Source: a virus (taxonomy: Duplodnaviria > Caudoviricetes). From it: a stretch of DNA of 63,165 nucleotides. The translations under genes were made by a program, and so were the position numbers. The notes beneath the pieces were generated by a model. The model saw only the letters and a list, made by a program, of their open reading frames with translations. It made no database searches and was not told where the DNA came from. The stretch spans positions 1 through 63,165 of IMG/VR virus record IMGVR_UViG_3300015370_000016; one strand, given 5' to 3'. Position 1 is the stretch's first letter, and each line of letters begins with the position of its first letter. Shown in pieces: positions 46,810 to 56,528 of this stretch.

Positions 46810-47499
46810 TTATTGTATATATTTAAAAAGTTTTTCAACTCTTGGAATTAAATTATTATTTTTATTTCTCATATCTGTTCTTGTTGGGATCTCTAACACA
46901 CATTCAAAGTCATTAGGAGCAACATATTCTGAAATAAAAACAATATTGTTTTTCGACCATTTTCTCATTGTTTTCCAAAATAATTCATGATCGAATGATT
47001 CATTAGAATATTTAGTTGTTCCCACATATGGAGGATCACAATAAATAATATAATTTATAGGAGCAAAACACAAATAATTTCCACAAAAAAATTCAACATT
47101 TTTAATTTTTGGAAGTTGATTGATCAAAGAATTAGAAGCAGTAAAAGCAAAATCTTCTTTTTTTCTTTTATCTCTTGCGTATCCTCCAAAAAACTTTCCT
47201 CCAAAAGAACATCCAAATCCGACAAATCCTGCAAGAGCTAAATCTTCTTCCTTATTGTTTTTAATATAATTATATTCTTCTTCAGAAACACTTTTAGGTG
47301 GAATCCATCCATTTTGTAAAGAATTATACATGGAGATTAAATATTTATTAATGTCTGAAGCAATTCTAGTATGTTTGCTCACTTTTTCCAAAACAGAACC
47401 TCCTCCCACAAATGGTTCATAATAATAATTTCCAGGAATGTCATTTATAACTTCTGCTATATATTTAGATATTTTTTGTTTACCGCCAAAATACTGCAA
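46810..47499 (-). CDS. Dam-like (D12 class) DNA adenine methyltransferase
   Basis: YFGGK, YYEPFVGGGS, YCDPPY. Confidence 0.9.
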   Translation of the reverse strand: MQYFGGKQKISKYIAEVINDIPGNYYYEPFVGGGSVLEKVSKHTRIASDINKYLISMYNSLQNGWIPPKSVSEEEYNYIKNNKEEDLALAGFVGFGCSFGGKFFGGYARDKRKKEDFAFTASNSLINQLPKIKNVEFFCGNYLCFAPINYIIYCDPPYVGTTKYSNESFDHELFWKTMRKWSKNNIVFISEYVAPNDFECVLEIPTRTDMRNKNNNLIPRVEKLFKYIQ

Positions 47500-47535
47500 A
47501 CTAACCTCCTAATAAAATACAAAATTTATTGGTTT

Positions 47536-47775
47536 TCATAAATTTTTACGAATAATCCATTTATCAAAATTTTTCATTTTTTGATATTGTACCATAAATT
47601 TTTCAAAACCTAATCCTAAAATTTTATTTGAGTTATATTTTGATTTTTTTATTTTTATAGAAGTCGAAATATAATCTAATAAATTTTCTAAAGGTTCATC
47701 CGTCCAGTTTTCTATCATTATTTTTTTTACATCAGAATCAGGAAATTTAAATATCATTTTCTTGTTCCTTTTCAA
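47536..47775 (-). CDS. Hypothetical protein
   Basis: Packed ORF; start uncertain. Confidence 0.5.
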   Translation of the reverse strand: MKRNKKMIFKFPDSDVKKIMIENWTDEPLENLLDYISTSIKIKKSKYNSNKILGLGFEKFMVQYQKMKNFDKWIIRKNL

Positions 47776-48664
47776 ATTCCATAATTACTTTTCCAATAAA
47801 TTTTGCAACTGGAACAGCAACAGCATTTCCTATTTGTTTATATCTTGTAGTATTTGATTGTCCTGCCGTCCAATTATCAGGAAACCCTAATGCTCTTTCA
47901 CATTCCAAAGGAGTTAATTTTCTATAACTTTCTGGTCTTGGTCGTTTAAAACCATTGTCCGTTGTGAGTGATTGTCCACCCCTTTCCAATATGACGAATC
48001 CAGGGTCGTTGCGAAGGAAACAGTTCGCCAACCTTTTCCAGTCTGAAATACTGCTAAAACCTTGTTCGATTCTTCTAGCCATGATGATAACACGGGGGCG
48101 TCTGGCTGGTAAATTGAACGCTGCTGCGTCAATAACAAACCCGATCCCCACATAATTAAGTTCTGTGAATCCTTCCACAATTGCCCTGAAATCATCTCCA
48201 TTTCTTCCATTTCGCAATCTTCCTGTATTTTCGACAATTGCCCATTTGGGTTGTAACTCATCAATGATTCTTTTATATTCAAACCATAATCCTGATCTTT
48301 CACCATTTATTCCTTTCGCTCCCCATCTATCTCTTCCTGCGGATATATCTTGACATGGAAAACCGCCTACTAAAATATCAATTGGATATTCATCCAGCAT
48401 TTCATCAGCACCGGAACATTCACAATCTCCAAATTCCATTTCACATCTAGGACATAAAAATTCATCTTCATCAATTTGTTCACAGTCATATAATCTTCGA
48501 GCCATTTTTGTTACATCTCTAAATTTTTTTATTTCGGGATAATGTTTATCGAGCACTGAAACAGCATTATCGTCAATCTCGCATTGAAAAGAACATTCTA
48601 ATCCAGCTTGTTCAAATCCTAAATCAAATCCACCAATACCAGAAAATAAACTACCAAAATTCAT
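47747..48664 (-). CDS. dcm: DNA cytosine-5 methyltransferase with a Cys-rich insertion
   Basis: LFSGIGG, GGFPCQD, ENT, R.R, LTP.EC.R..GFP, GNAV. Confidence 0.9.
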   Translation of the reverse strand: MNFGSLFSGIGGFDLGFEQAGLECSFQCEIDDNAVSVLDKHYPEIKKFRDVTKMARRLYDCEQIDEDEFLCPRCEMEFGDCECSGADEMLDEYPIDILVGGFPCQDISAGRDRWGAKGINGERSGLWFEYKRIIDELQPKWAIVENTGRLRNGRNGDDFRAIVEGFTELNYVGIGFVIDAAAFNLPARRPRVIIMARRIEQGFSSISDWKRLANCFLRNDPGFVILERGGQSLTTDNGFKRPRPESYRKLTPLECERALGFPDNWTAGQSNTTRYKQIGNAVAVPVAKFIGKVIMEFEKEQENDI

Positions 48665-49071
48665 TCATTCTCCTCATTATTTATCTGATTATCATCTGTA
48701 AAAGTAGATTGTGTATCATCATTTTTATCTAAAGTTACAGTATCGGTTGAAGACCAAGTGCTTGTAATATTTGTATTATTACAATACCAGCATTCAAAAA
48801 CACTTGGAGAGAATATCCTATTACATTTAGGACAAACCCAACCTTGATTACCAGAAATAAATATGTTACTCAAATCTCTGTTTAAAGTATATTTATTTTC
48901 ATTACAAGTACAGTAGGGTTCTAACCCTTTAGTAAATCCATTTGGTGGAACATCTCCAACATAAATATAGGGTTTTCCACATTTATTACAAAGACCATTA
49001 TAAGACCATCCATCACTATCGGTTTTGTATAACATTCTTCCCTCCATAAATTTCTTTAAATAATTCATCAT
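48661..49071 (-). CDS. Hypothetical zinc-finger protein
   Basis: CNKC, GWVCPKC..IFSP...C..C; true start probably internal. Confidence 0.6.
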   Translation of the reverse strand: MMNYLKKFMEGRMLYKTDSDGWSYNGLCNKCGKPYIYVGDVPPNGFTKGLEPYCTCNENKYTLNRDLSNIFISGNQGWVCPKCNRIFSPSVFECWYCNNTNITSTWSSTDTVTLDKNDDTQSTFTDDNQINNEENE

Positions 49072-49435
49072 GTAATTTATTTACTTCTCGAACATTTTCA
49101 ATGTTGCCTTTTTCTAAAATTAGGTCATATAATTTTTTGCCTAACTCATAATATAACTTTACTTCTTTTAAATGGGTTTCTCCATACATGCAGTCTTTAT
49201 TTTTTGAAACAGCTTTTCTTAAGCATAAAAACGGTGAACAGCAATCAGTTTCTCCACATGCTCCACAGGATACGCAATAAGGATCATCTATATCAAGTTC
49301 TTCATCTTCGTTCATTCTTATGTCCCTTATCCCATCTTTCCCAACATACATGTTTATTAGAAAAATATTGACAACTTGAAAAAGCACCAGGAAAAAAACA
49401 TTCATCCCAATTAGGTTTTTTGCTATAATTGGCAA
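49016..49435 (-). CDS. Hypothetical Cys-rich protein
   Basis: YC.SC.ACGE..CC; true start probably internal (MNED). Confidence 0.55.
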   Translation of the reverse strand: MPIIAKNLIGMNVFFLVLFQVVNIFLINMYVGKDGIRDIRMNEDEELDIDDPYCVSCGACGETDCCSPFLCLRKAVSKNKDCMYGETHLKEVKLYYELGKKLYDLILEKGNIENVREVNKLHDELFKEIYGGKNVIQNR

Positions 49436-49760
49436 ATTGAAACCACCATGCAGGACAAGTGTATTCTCTCATTTCAGATCCAACAGGAAATTCTTGACCT
49501 TTACACCATTCAAGATAAGAAAGACCACCCATATCATAAACAGTTTTTCCTATCATAATTCCAGGATTAACTTCTAACACCTTATTGACAGAAGAAATTT
49601 CTTTTCCCTGAAATTCTTCATATTCAACTTTTTTATGTCTTTTTCCTGTTCCTTTACATGCGTTACAAACAATTCCATAATCACTGTTTCGCTCAAGGAA
49701 TCCAACATAGACTCCAGTTCCCTTACATTCTTGACATTTTTCAACCCATTCAATTTTCAT
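49302..49760 (-). CDS. Hypothetical protein with DnaJ-type CxxCxGxG repeats
   Basis: CQECKGTG and CNACKGTG. Confidence 0.7.
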   Translation of the reverse strand: MKIEWVEKCQECKGTGVYVGFLERNSDYGIVCNACKGTGKRHKKVEYEEFQGKEISSVNKVLEVNPGIMIGKTVYDMGGLSYLEWCKGQEFPVGSEMREYTCPAWWFQFANYSKKPNWDECFFPGAFSSCQYFSNKHVCWERWDKGHKNERR

Positions 49761-49771
49761 TTTGATTTCCT

Positions 49772-50406
49772 TTACTCTTTTATATAGGCATCAACAACCG
49801 TGCCAAAAGGTACAATAGCATCTTTTCTTAGCATATCAACCCAATAAGCATCACCTTCTACTATGATTGCTCCACCTCTATCTCGGCAAGTATATTCTCG
49901 TCCAAATATGACAATAGTAGTACCAAAGCTAAGCTCACTAGGGCAAGCAATAGTATTGTTTGAGTCGTAGTAATCTTGCCACCTTTCTCCATTAGCCATT
50001 TTTGAAACGCATTCACCATTGACAAATCTAGCACAATTAACTCCTCCCAAAGCAGGGTCATAATGACTTACTTTTATTTTAATTGGTTTTAAATCATCGC
50101 TAATTTCAGGGACAGAGGGAGCTTCTGTAGGAGCAGTCCTAACTGAAACTATTCCATCCTCTGCCCTTATGGAAAAACCGTTTGGCTTTTATTAAGAACA
50201 ACATCAGCATTAATAACAAAATCTAATCTACCATCACCATCTACATCAATAAAGTGTTCCTGAAAGGTAGTAATAGTTAATAACGGTCTACCATCTTGAA
50301 AATGGTCTACTAACATCCACCCACCACCCACCATTGCTAGAAGCCATAGTGCAATGAGTCCAGCAATAATCGCCTTAGTTTTTTTATCTGATTCTTTTGT
50401 TGTCAT
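49772..50406 (-). CDS. Membrane-anchored 3D-domain (MltA-like) protein probably made by -1 frameshift; the 79-aa unshifted form ends at 50167
   Basis: ORF1 has a TM helix; the -1 frame carries SHY...MANG...IACP..L.FGT.....C.DRGGAI....D; slippery site plus stem-loop. Confidence 0.7.
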
Positions 50407-50456
50407 ATTTTCTCCTTTATAGTTTTTTATTTTTTTCCAATAAAAGCATGATTTTA

Positions 50457-50840
50457 TTACAGTTTTACGCCCTTTTTAGATAGGTTATCTAAACATTCAG
50501 CCAAATATGCCTCATCATGCTCAGAATACACCGGAAAACGCTTTAAATAGACCTGCAAAGAGGCTATGTCTTCTCCGTTATAACTATCATAACCCAAAGT
50601 TTTACCTCGATAATTATATTGTTTCCATTCTGGATCAACCTCATATCCTCTGTGTTCCATTTCTGCCATTACTCGCATGTGATAAGCAACTAATTTTAAA
50701 TATGGATTTGCAAATACATAATCAACGGTTAAATGTTTCTTTCCCCATCCATTTCCACGTAGGGCACAAACTTCTCTGTGAAGCCCTAGGATCTGTTGTC
50801 TTGGTAATTTTTCTAATAAACTTTCATGCCATAATCTCAT
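50457..50840 (-). CDS. Pyrimidine-dimer DNA glycosylase-like protein (TIGR02328-like)
   Basis: MRLWH..L...LPRQQ.LG.HRE.CALRGNGWGKKH.TVDY. Confidence 0.85.
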   Translation of the reverse strand: MRLWHESLLEKLPRQQILGLHREVCALRGNGWGKKHLTVDYVFANPYLKLVAYHMRVMAEMEHRGYEVDPEWKQYNYRGKTLGYDSYNGEDIASLQVYLKRFPVYSEHDEAYLAECLDNLSKKGVKL

Positions 50841-50856
50841 AATATTATCTCCTTTT

Positions 50857-51105
50857 CTATTTTTTAACTCTTTGAAATCCTAATTCTTCAATTGCTGTTT
50901 TATATTCATATAACCGATCTTCCATATTCTGACCATTATCTAAAGCTTCTCTTGCTAATTTATGAATATCATTCATTTTATCTATAAGATAATCAAAATT
51001 GTCTTCTGCATATTCTTCTGAGAATTTCATTCTACAACATTCTTCTGTAATGTCCAGTATGTTCGTATGCCGATCACAAATTGTTTTATTGTTTTTGTTG
51101 ATCAT
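50857..51105 (-). CDS. Hypothetical protein
   Basis: ORF downstream of a promoter. Confidence 0.55.
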   Translation of the reverse strand: MINKNNKTICDRHTNILDITEECCRMKFSEEYAEDNFDYLIDKMNDIHKLAREALDNGQNMEDRLYEYKTAIEELGFQRVKK

Positions 51106-51145
51106 AATAAAATCTCGCTTTCATTTGTATTTTTTTGATAATAAG

Positions 51146-51174
51146 ATTTTAACATTAAGATAAGATAAAGTCAA
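51146..51174 (-). promoter_or_regulatory. Sigma70-type promoter
   Basis: TTGACT-N17-TAAAAT. Confidence 0.65.
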
Positions 51175-51184
51175 TAGGCAATTT

Positions 51185-51436
51185 TCATTTTTCTACCATC
51201 CATTGATCCCAATCTTCAACAATTTTCTTAATTGTTTTTCTATACGCAACATTCTCAGATCCAATAAATTCTAAAATATTAACTGCCAAAGACAAATTCT
51301 CGATTGCCTGTTTTAAAATTTCTGGATTTTTTTGTACTTTTTTTAGTACAATACTTGTTGATGATTTTTTATTCAATATTTTACTCCTTTTATTTTTTCG
51401 TATAGTTTTATGTTCTTTACTCGGCTTCTCTATCAA
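51185..51436 (-). CDS. Hypothetical protein
   Basis: Packed ORF. Confidence 0.5.
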   Translation of the reverse strand: MIEKPSKEHKTIRKNKRSKILNKKSSTSIVLKKVQKNPEILKQAIENLSLAVNILEFIGSENVAYRKTIKKIVEDWDQWMVEK

Positions 51437-51719
51437 TCCTGGACTTACAACAACAATCTAAATTTCTTTGAATTCTTTCTTTTTGATCTTCTGGATAATC
51501 AGCCAAACATTCAATAAGATCGTTTATTATTTTTATTGTTGTTTTTCTATCAAACCATAAAGTTAATGCAGTATGAATGGGTTTATCTTTTTCAAGAATT
51601 GATATATTAATTGACCCAAAAGGATTGTGATCTACGGATATAGAATATTGTAACCAATCTTCGTCAATATCATAATGCTCTGTTTTATATTTAAAAAATT
51701 TTTCTATATAATCTAACAT
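51417..51719 (-). CDS. Hypothetical protein
   Basis: AGGAG RBS. Confidence 0.6.
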   Translation of the reverse strand: MLDYIEKFFKYKTEHYDIDEDWLQYSISVDHNPFGSINISILEKDKPIHTALTLWFDRKTTIKIINDLIECLADYPEDQKERIQRNLDCCCKSRIDREAE

Positions 51720-51746
51720 ATTGCTCCTAATAAAATAATCATTTCA

Positions 51747-51995
51747 TTATAATTTTTTCCATTCTTGATTTATCTTACGAATTATTATCGATAATGCTCT
51801 TTTCAAACTAATGCTATGTTCATTCCAATATTCTTGAAATTCTTTTTTTCGTATTGATTCATCTATCCAATATTGCGCCTCTTCTTCAATATCACGTGCT
51901 TCTTCATATGGGGTTCTATAATGTGCGGACTTCCAAAACACTAAAAACAAAAACATTAATACAATATAAATTAATAAACCAATTAAATAAATCAT
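51747..51995 (-). CDS. Hypothetical membrane protein
   Basis: N-terminal TM helix. Confidence 0.6.
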   Translation of the reverse strand: MIYLIGLLIYIVLMFLFLVFWKSAHYRTPYEEARDIEEEAQYWIDESIRKKEFQEYWNEHSISLKRALSIIIRKINQEWKKL

Positions 51996-52252
51996 TTATT
52001 TTGCCTTTCATATTCATCTTTTAAATTAACCACTTGATGAAATCTCCAATAAATTGGATAATCTTGATTGGTAAGAAAATATATTTCTTCATCTCCAAAT
52101 TCGTCAAAATAATAAACATAAAGATCTTCATTCTCTTTTATAACAATTCTATTAAACATTGTTACATTACTTCTATCGCTTACATCAATTTTATCTCCAG
52201 AATTAGGAAACTCATTATTTGAGGTGCAATAGACACAATTTATATTTTTCAT
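51992..52252 (-). CDS. Hypothetical protein
   Basis: ATGA-coupled ORF. Confidence 0.55.
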   Translation of the reverse strand: MKNINCVYCTSNNEFPNSGDKIDVSDRSNVTMFNRIVIKENEDLYVYYFDEFGDEEIYFLTNQDYPIYWRFHQVVNLKDEYERQNK

Positions 52253-52560
52253 TTTGCAACCTCTATGTCGACATCTCTTTCTATTCTTGGATTACAAGTC
52301 AATCCAAAATAAATTGCAAAAGCAAATCCACTCAAAAAGATAAGAATTGTTGGAGATAATATCAACCACCAGGATATTTCAAATAATTTTACCAGCTTGC
52401 CTACAATAACAGTTCCTTGAACTATTACGTAAATATAGAATCCGTTCCAAAATGTTTCTCTGATCATGGTTGCTCCTTTAAAGATAGTTATTCTTATTAT
52501 GACAACCGCTATTATTCTCTGGATAAAAGAAATCCAATAATTTTTTTCCACCAGTTCCAA
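52249..52560 (-). CDS. Hypothetical membrane protein
   Basis: ISWWLILSP hydrophobic motif; true start probably MIRE after AAAGGAG. Confidence 0.55.
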   Translation of the reverse strand: MELVEKNYWISFIQRIIAVVIIRITIFKGATMIRETFWNGFYIYVIVQGTVIVGKLVKLFEISWWLILSPTILIFLSGFAFAIYFGLTCNPRIERDVDIEVAK

Positions 52561-52825
52561 ATTGAAAAATCTGATTACGTATTGTGTTCATTTCTGCAAT
52601 TCCGGCACTCCAATACCTATGATCATCTGACATTTCAAATGTCCAATCGTGATTTCTTAAATTATCAGAAAGTTTTAATACTCCTGGCATCAATTGAGGA
52701 TCACAGATAATTGTAAAATCATCTTCTTGAGCCTCAAGATTACTGGTTAATAAAATATATTTTTCTTCTTCAGAATGAACCGCTGATCTGGATTTATAAA
52801 TTTTTATTTCTGTATGCTCTTCCAT
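52478..52825 (-). CDS. Hypothetical protein
   Basis: AAAGGAG RBS. Confidence 0.55.
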   Translation of the reverse strand: MEEHTEIKIYKSRSAVHSEEEKYILLTSNLEAQEDDFTIICDPQLMPGVLKLSDNLRNHDWTFEMSDDHRYWSAGIAEMNTIRNQIFQFGTGGKKLLDFFYPENNSGCHNKNNYL

Positions 52826-52878
52826 TTTTTTCTCCTTTTTTCTTATAAAATAACAATTTTATTGTATTATACAACTTT

Positions 52879-54192
52879 TTAATTTTTAGTCAAGTAGTTT
52901 ATTAAATCATCTTTATTGTTTTCAACAATTCCATCAATAACAATTTCTAATAATTTCTTTAGTGTAAAACCAATTTCTTCTCTCTTTAAACCTAATTCCA
53001 TCATATCATATCCATTTACTGCCAAGTCTTTAATTTGAAAACAACTTTCTTCTTGAATAATTTCACTAATAATTTTTAAAAAACTTAAGACCTCATTCAT
53101 TCTTTGATCAAAAAAATCAGGATTTTGAGCAGATATATCTCCAATCTTTACATAACATAGTAGTACAAGCAATTCTTGTCCTATATTATTTAACATTCTT
53201 TTAACATATTTCTTTTCAGGAATAAAATCAATGTCGTGATATTTTATTAATGTTAGAACATCTTCCCTGGTTTTATTATCATATTTATATTCTCTTAGAA
53301 ATTTCTGTGCTTTTGTAACAGAGAATTTTGCATGATGTTTGAAGTGATCAACTCCATTTTCATCACTTGTTCTTGTTTCTGCTTTTCCAAGATCATGTAA
53401 AAATAAAGCCAAATGAACTCTTAAATCTTTTTTGCCAGAATACAATACAGATATAAGACTATGATTGCCAGCATCATAAATGTGATAAGGATTGTTTTGT
53501 TCTACATCAAATAATTTCAAAAAATCAGGACATATATATTTCATTAATCTGGAATAAAAAATTAAATCTAAACCAAAATCATTCATTATTATTTGATTAA
53601 ACTCATCTCTAATACGTTCTTTTGCAACATTAGACAATAAATGAGCATTATTTTCAATAGCATGAAATGTTTCTGATTCTATTGCGAATCCATATTTAGA
53701 AGCAAACCTAATAATTCTTAACATTCTTAACGCATCTTCAGTAATTCTCTCATTAGGATTTCCAACACAACGAATTATTTTATTTTTAATATCTTCAATG
53801 CCACCATAAGGATCAATAATTTCAAATCCATTACTTGCCATAGCATTAATTGTAATATCTCTCCTAGAAAGATCATCTAATAAAGAAGTAGTATATTCAA
53901 CAGAATCAGGATGTCTACCATCCGAATACTTTCCATCTTTTCTAAAAGTTGTAATTTCATAAGGAATATCATCAATTATAATCGTAATAGTACCATGTTG
54001 AATTCCTGTTAAAATAATACGATCATTATCAAAAATCTTCATAATTTGATCTGGAATGGCTGAAGTAGTAATATCATAATCTTTTGGAGCATCATTCATA
54101 ACCATATCACGAACTGCACCGCCACACAGATAGGCTTCAAATCCAAAATCATTTATTTTTTTGATAATTTTTTCTGCATTTTTTATCATCAT
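52879..54192 (-). CDS. cca: CCA-adding tRNA nucleotidyltransferase with HD domain
   Basis: GGAVRD, DYD, RRDITINAMA, EDALRMLR, ERI..EF, QNNPYH, HDLGK. Confidence 0.9.
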   Translation of the reverse strand: MMIKNAEKIIKKINDFGFEAYLCGGAVRDMVMNDAPKDYDITTSAIPDQIMKIFDNDRIILTGIQHGTITIIIDDIPYEITTFRKDGKYSDGRHPDSVEYTTSLLDDLSRRDITINAMASNGFEIIDPYGGIEDIKNKIIRCVGNPNERITEDALRMLRIIRFASKYGFAIESETFHAIENNAHLLSNVAKERIRDEFNQIIMNDFGLDLIFYSRLMKYICPDFLKLFDVEQNNPYHIYDAGNHSLISVLYSGKKDLRVHLALFLHDLGKAETRTSDENGVDHFKHHAKFSVTKAQKFLREYKYDNKTREDVLTLIKYHDIDFIPEKKYVKRMLNNIGQELLVLLCYVKIGDISAQNPDFFDQRMNEVLSFLKIISEIIQEESCFQIKDLAVNGYDMMELGLKREEIGFTLKKLLEIVIDGIVENNKDDLINYLTKN

Positions 54193-55101
54193 TTATATTC
54201 CTATACATTCAAAATATAATTTTGTTAATTCTGAAATATTTGCTCCAAATTGAAGATGAGATTCATTGTACCATATATCAAATTTCTTTTCAAATTCTTC
54301 TGCTTTTTCAATAACTTCATCATATGTGTATAATCCATTTTTAATAGCAAGAATCTCTTCAGCATTAGGAAGTGGAAAAGTTATTTTTCCTGTTTTTAAA
54401 AGTTCTTCTCCTTCAGTAAGCAATCTAAAAAGATGACTAGCGTGTTTACAGTCAAATTGGTATTTTTCTTCTAATTTTCTTCTTTTAGGATTTCTGTTTT
54501 TTATCCATTCTTGATAATGATCCCAACCATTTTTAGCTTCTCTATATAATCTTTCTTTTTGAATTTCTTCAACATATTCATCTTTAAAATATGATGAATT
54601 AATTGCTTTAGCATCTACAAGAGCCTGAAAACTAATTTCGGGGGTATCTGTGAGTCCAAAATCATTTCTATGTGGTTTTTTATCTGGAGGATTTATAAAC
54701 CATTGTCTATGCCTCTTAATGGCGTTTAACTGACTAAATGCATATCCCGTAAAAGTAAATTTTGCTTTTTTGGAAATAAATAAATTTCTATTTTCTAAAA
54801 TAAGATTCCAGGTAGGAGTAGATAAAAGAATATTGCTTTCTGGAACAAATAATAATTCTACAATATTAGGATTAGAATCAGCACAAATCTTAAAAAATTT
54901 AGGTAAACTATAAATTGCCCTGTCTTCTTCTTCAAATCCGCTATCTTTCTGATCAAAACTCATGAATGGATGTAAAAGTATTTCCATAGGAGGAATACAA
55001 ACTCCTCTATAATCATAATCTGATTCAGGAGTAGCTGTTCCGTAAAGCCTACTTCCAGTTATACATTCAAATATTTTGGCTTTTTCAACATCAAAATTCA
55101 T
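54193..55101 (-). CDS. YcgL/RlaP-like nucleotidyltransferase
   Basis: GSRLYGT.TP.SD.DYRG, NPN..E.LF, K.A.HL.RL. Confidence 0.8.
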   Translation of the reverse strand: MNFDVEKAKIFECITGSRLYGTATPESDYDYRGVCIPPMEILLHPFMSFDQKDSGFEEEDRAIYSLPKFFKICADSNPNIVELLFVPESNILLSTPTWNLILENRNLFISKKAKFTFTGYAFSQLNAIKRHRQWFINPPDKKPHRNDFGLTDTPEISFQALVDAKAINSSYFKDEYVEEIQKERLYREAKNGWDHYQEWIKNRNPKRRKLEEKYQFDCKHASHLFRLLTEGEELLKTGKITFPLPNAEEILAIKNGLYTYDEVIEKAEEFEKKFDIWYNESHLQFGANISELTKLYFECIGI

Positions 55102-55134
55102 AATTTCTCCTAATAAAACAACGATTTTATTTAA

Positions 55135-55443
55135 TTAATCCCACCAGGTCATAGAATGATCTCTAATAATTTCAAAGGCTTCTTTTAGTTTATTTATTTC
55201 TTCAGCATCATCTAATAAGAACCCTTCCATATCAACAAATTCCTGTAAAATATCCCTAGCTTTGATCATTGTTGATTTTCTTTGATCCTCTTCTACGCTC
55301 CACCATTTTTCATAATTTTCAATCATCAGAGTCAATTTAAAAGCAATGATTTCATATAAAAAACAATAGTCCCAATGTTTATTATTCCATAAAACAGGAA
55401 TCCAACGAATTAAATTTTTAATATTCCATAACAAATTTTTCAT
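55135..55443 (-). CDS. Hypothetical phage protein
   Basis: W.P..W....WD and terminal WWD motifs. Confidence 0.65.
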   Translation of the reverse strand: MKNLLWNIKNLIRWIPVLWNNKHWDYCFLYEIIAFKLTLMIENYEKWWSVEEDQRKSTMIKARDILQEFVDMEGFLLDDAEEINKLKEAFEIIRDHSMTWWD

Positions 55444-55471
55444 TATCTAAAATCCTTTCTGTGTAATAACA

Positions 55472-55726
55472 TTACATCAAACGACCAAATGCCATTGGTG
55501 GAATTTTTAATGATTTAATCAATTCAACCATACAAGCATCACACAAATCAAAATCCAATTCTAATCCATCAAATTCAGATCCATATCCAAATGTAATTTC
55601 AAAAGATTGATAATTATGAAATTCTGGATTGTATTCTTCAGTGTTTTCAGTTTCTTTTCCGCATTTATTACAAGCAACCGCTCTTACTACTTCTGACATA
55701 ATTGTTTTTTGAATAAGTTTTTTCAT
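55472..55726 (-). CDS. Hypothetical zinc-binding protein
   Basis: CNKCG...FGYGS.FDG....DLC..C. Confidence 0.65.
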   Translation of the reverse strand: MKKLIQKTIMSEVVRAVACNKCGKETENTEEYNPEFHNYQSFEITFGYGSEFDGLELDFDLCDACMVELIKSLKIPPMAFGRLM

Positions 55727-55792
55727 AATTCTCCTAATAAAATATTTCTTTTATTTAATCTTTCTAATTTGTATATTTTTTTTAATATTTTT

Positions 55793-56083
55793 TTATTTTT
55801 TCAAATCAATTTTTTGTTCTAATTCCTGAATATCTTTCTTCAATTGATCGTTTTCTTTTTTATATTTTTCAACCCTATTTGGCATAGCATGTAATGATTC
55901 TGGAAAGCCTAAAGCATCTTTTAGTTTATCAGCCCATTGTGCAGCTTGATCGCAAAGAGTCATTGACTTACCCCATGATGCCACATGTTGTATTTTTTTT
56001 GAATCATCATATGCATAAACAACAACAATTGAATAATCATATTTTTTCCCAATTTCTTTCAATACTTGAATAGGCAATCTCAT
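55793..56083 (-). CDS. Hypothetical protein
   Basis: ATGA-coupled ORF. Confidence 0.6.
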   Translation of the reverse strand: MRLPIQVLKEIGKKYDYSIVVVYAYDDSKKIQHVASWGKSMTLCDQAAQWADKLKDALGFPESLHAMPNRVEKYKKENDQLKKDIQELEQKIDLKK

Positions 56084-56274
56084 AAAGCCTCCTGTGGATG
56101 TAGAAAACGAATTCTTTCAATAGCAACATGAATAATTTCACCATACGCAGTTTCAATCACAGCATTTTTATAATCCGGCGTGAAGGCAACAAAAACGCCC
56201 TGTTTATCTTCACCAATTCCATATTCATCACCTCTGTAATTTTTATCAAATTTTTTATATATTACCTGTCTCAT
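56080..56274 (-). CDS. Hypothetical protein
   Basis: Packed ORF. Confidence 0.55.
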   Translation of the reverse strand: MRQVIYKKFDKNYRGDEYGIGEDKQGVFVAFTPDYKNAVIETAYGEIIHVAIERIRFLHPQEAL

Positions 56275-56277
56275 TTT

Positions 56278-56499
56278 TTATTTTTCTCCTTCATCTTCAA
56301 TTTGATAAACTGTAACACTCCAACTAAAACACAATTTTGCACCACATTTAGGACATGCATATGGTTCATCATCATATACACCAATCATAAACGTCCAGGG
56401 TTCAAATTTTGCACCGCAAACACATTGCGTTATTGGTAATAGTTCATCATCGTTACCATCAAATCTTACTTGATCTGTTACATCAATTTTTTTGATCAT
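56278..56499 (-). CDS. Hypothetical zinc-ribbon protein
   Basis: CVCG...CPKCG; AGGAG RBS. Confidence 0.6.
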   Translation of the reverse strand: MIKKIDVTDQVRFDGNDDELLPITQCVCGAKFEPWTFMIGVYDDEPYACPKCGAKLCFSWSVTVYQIEDEGEK

Positions 56500-56528
56500 A
56501 ATTTTCTCCTAATAAAATCATCGTTTTA

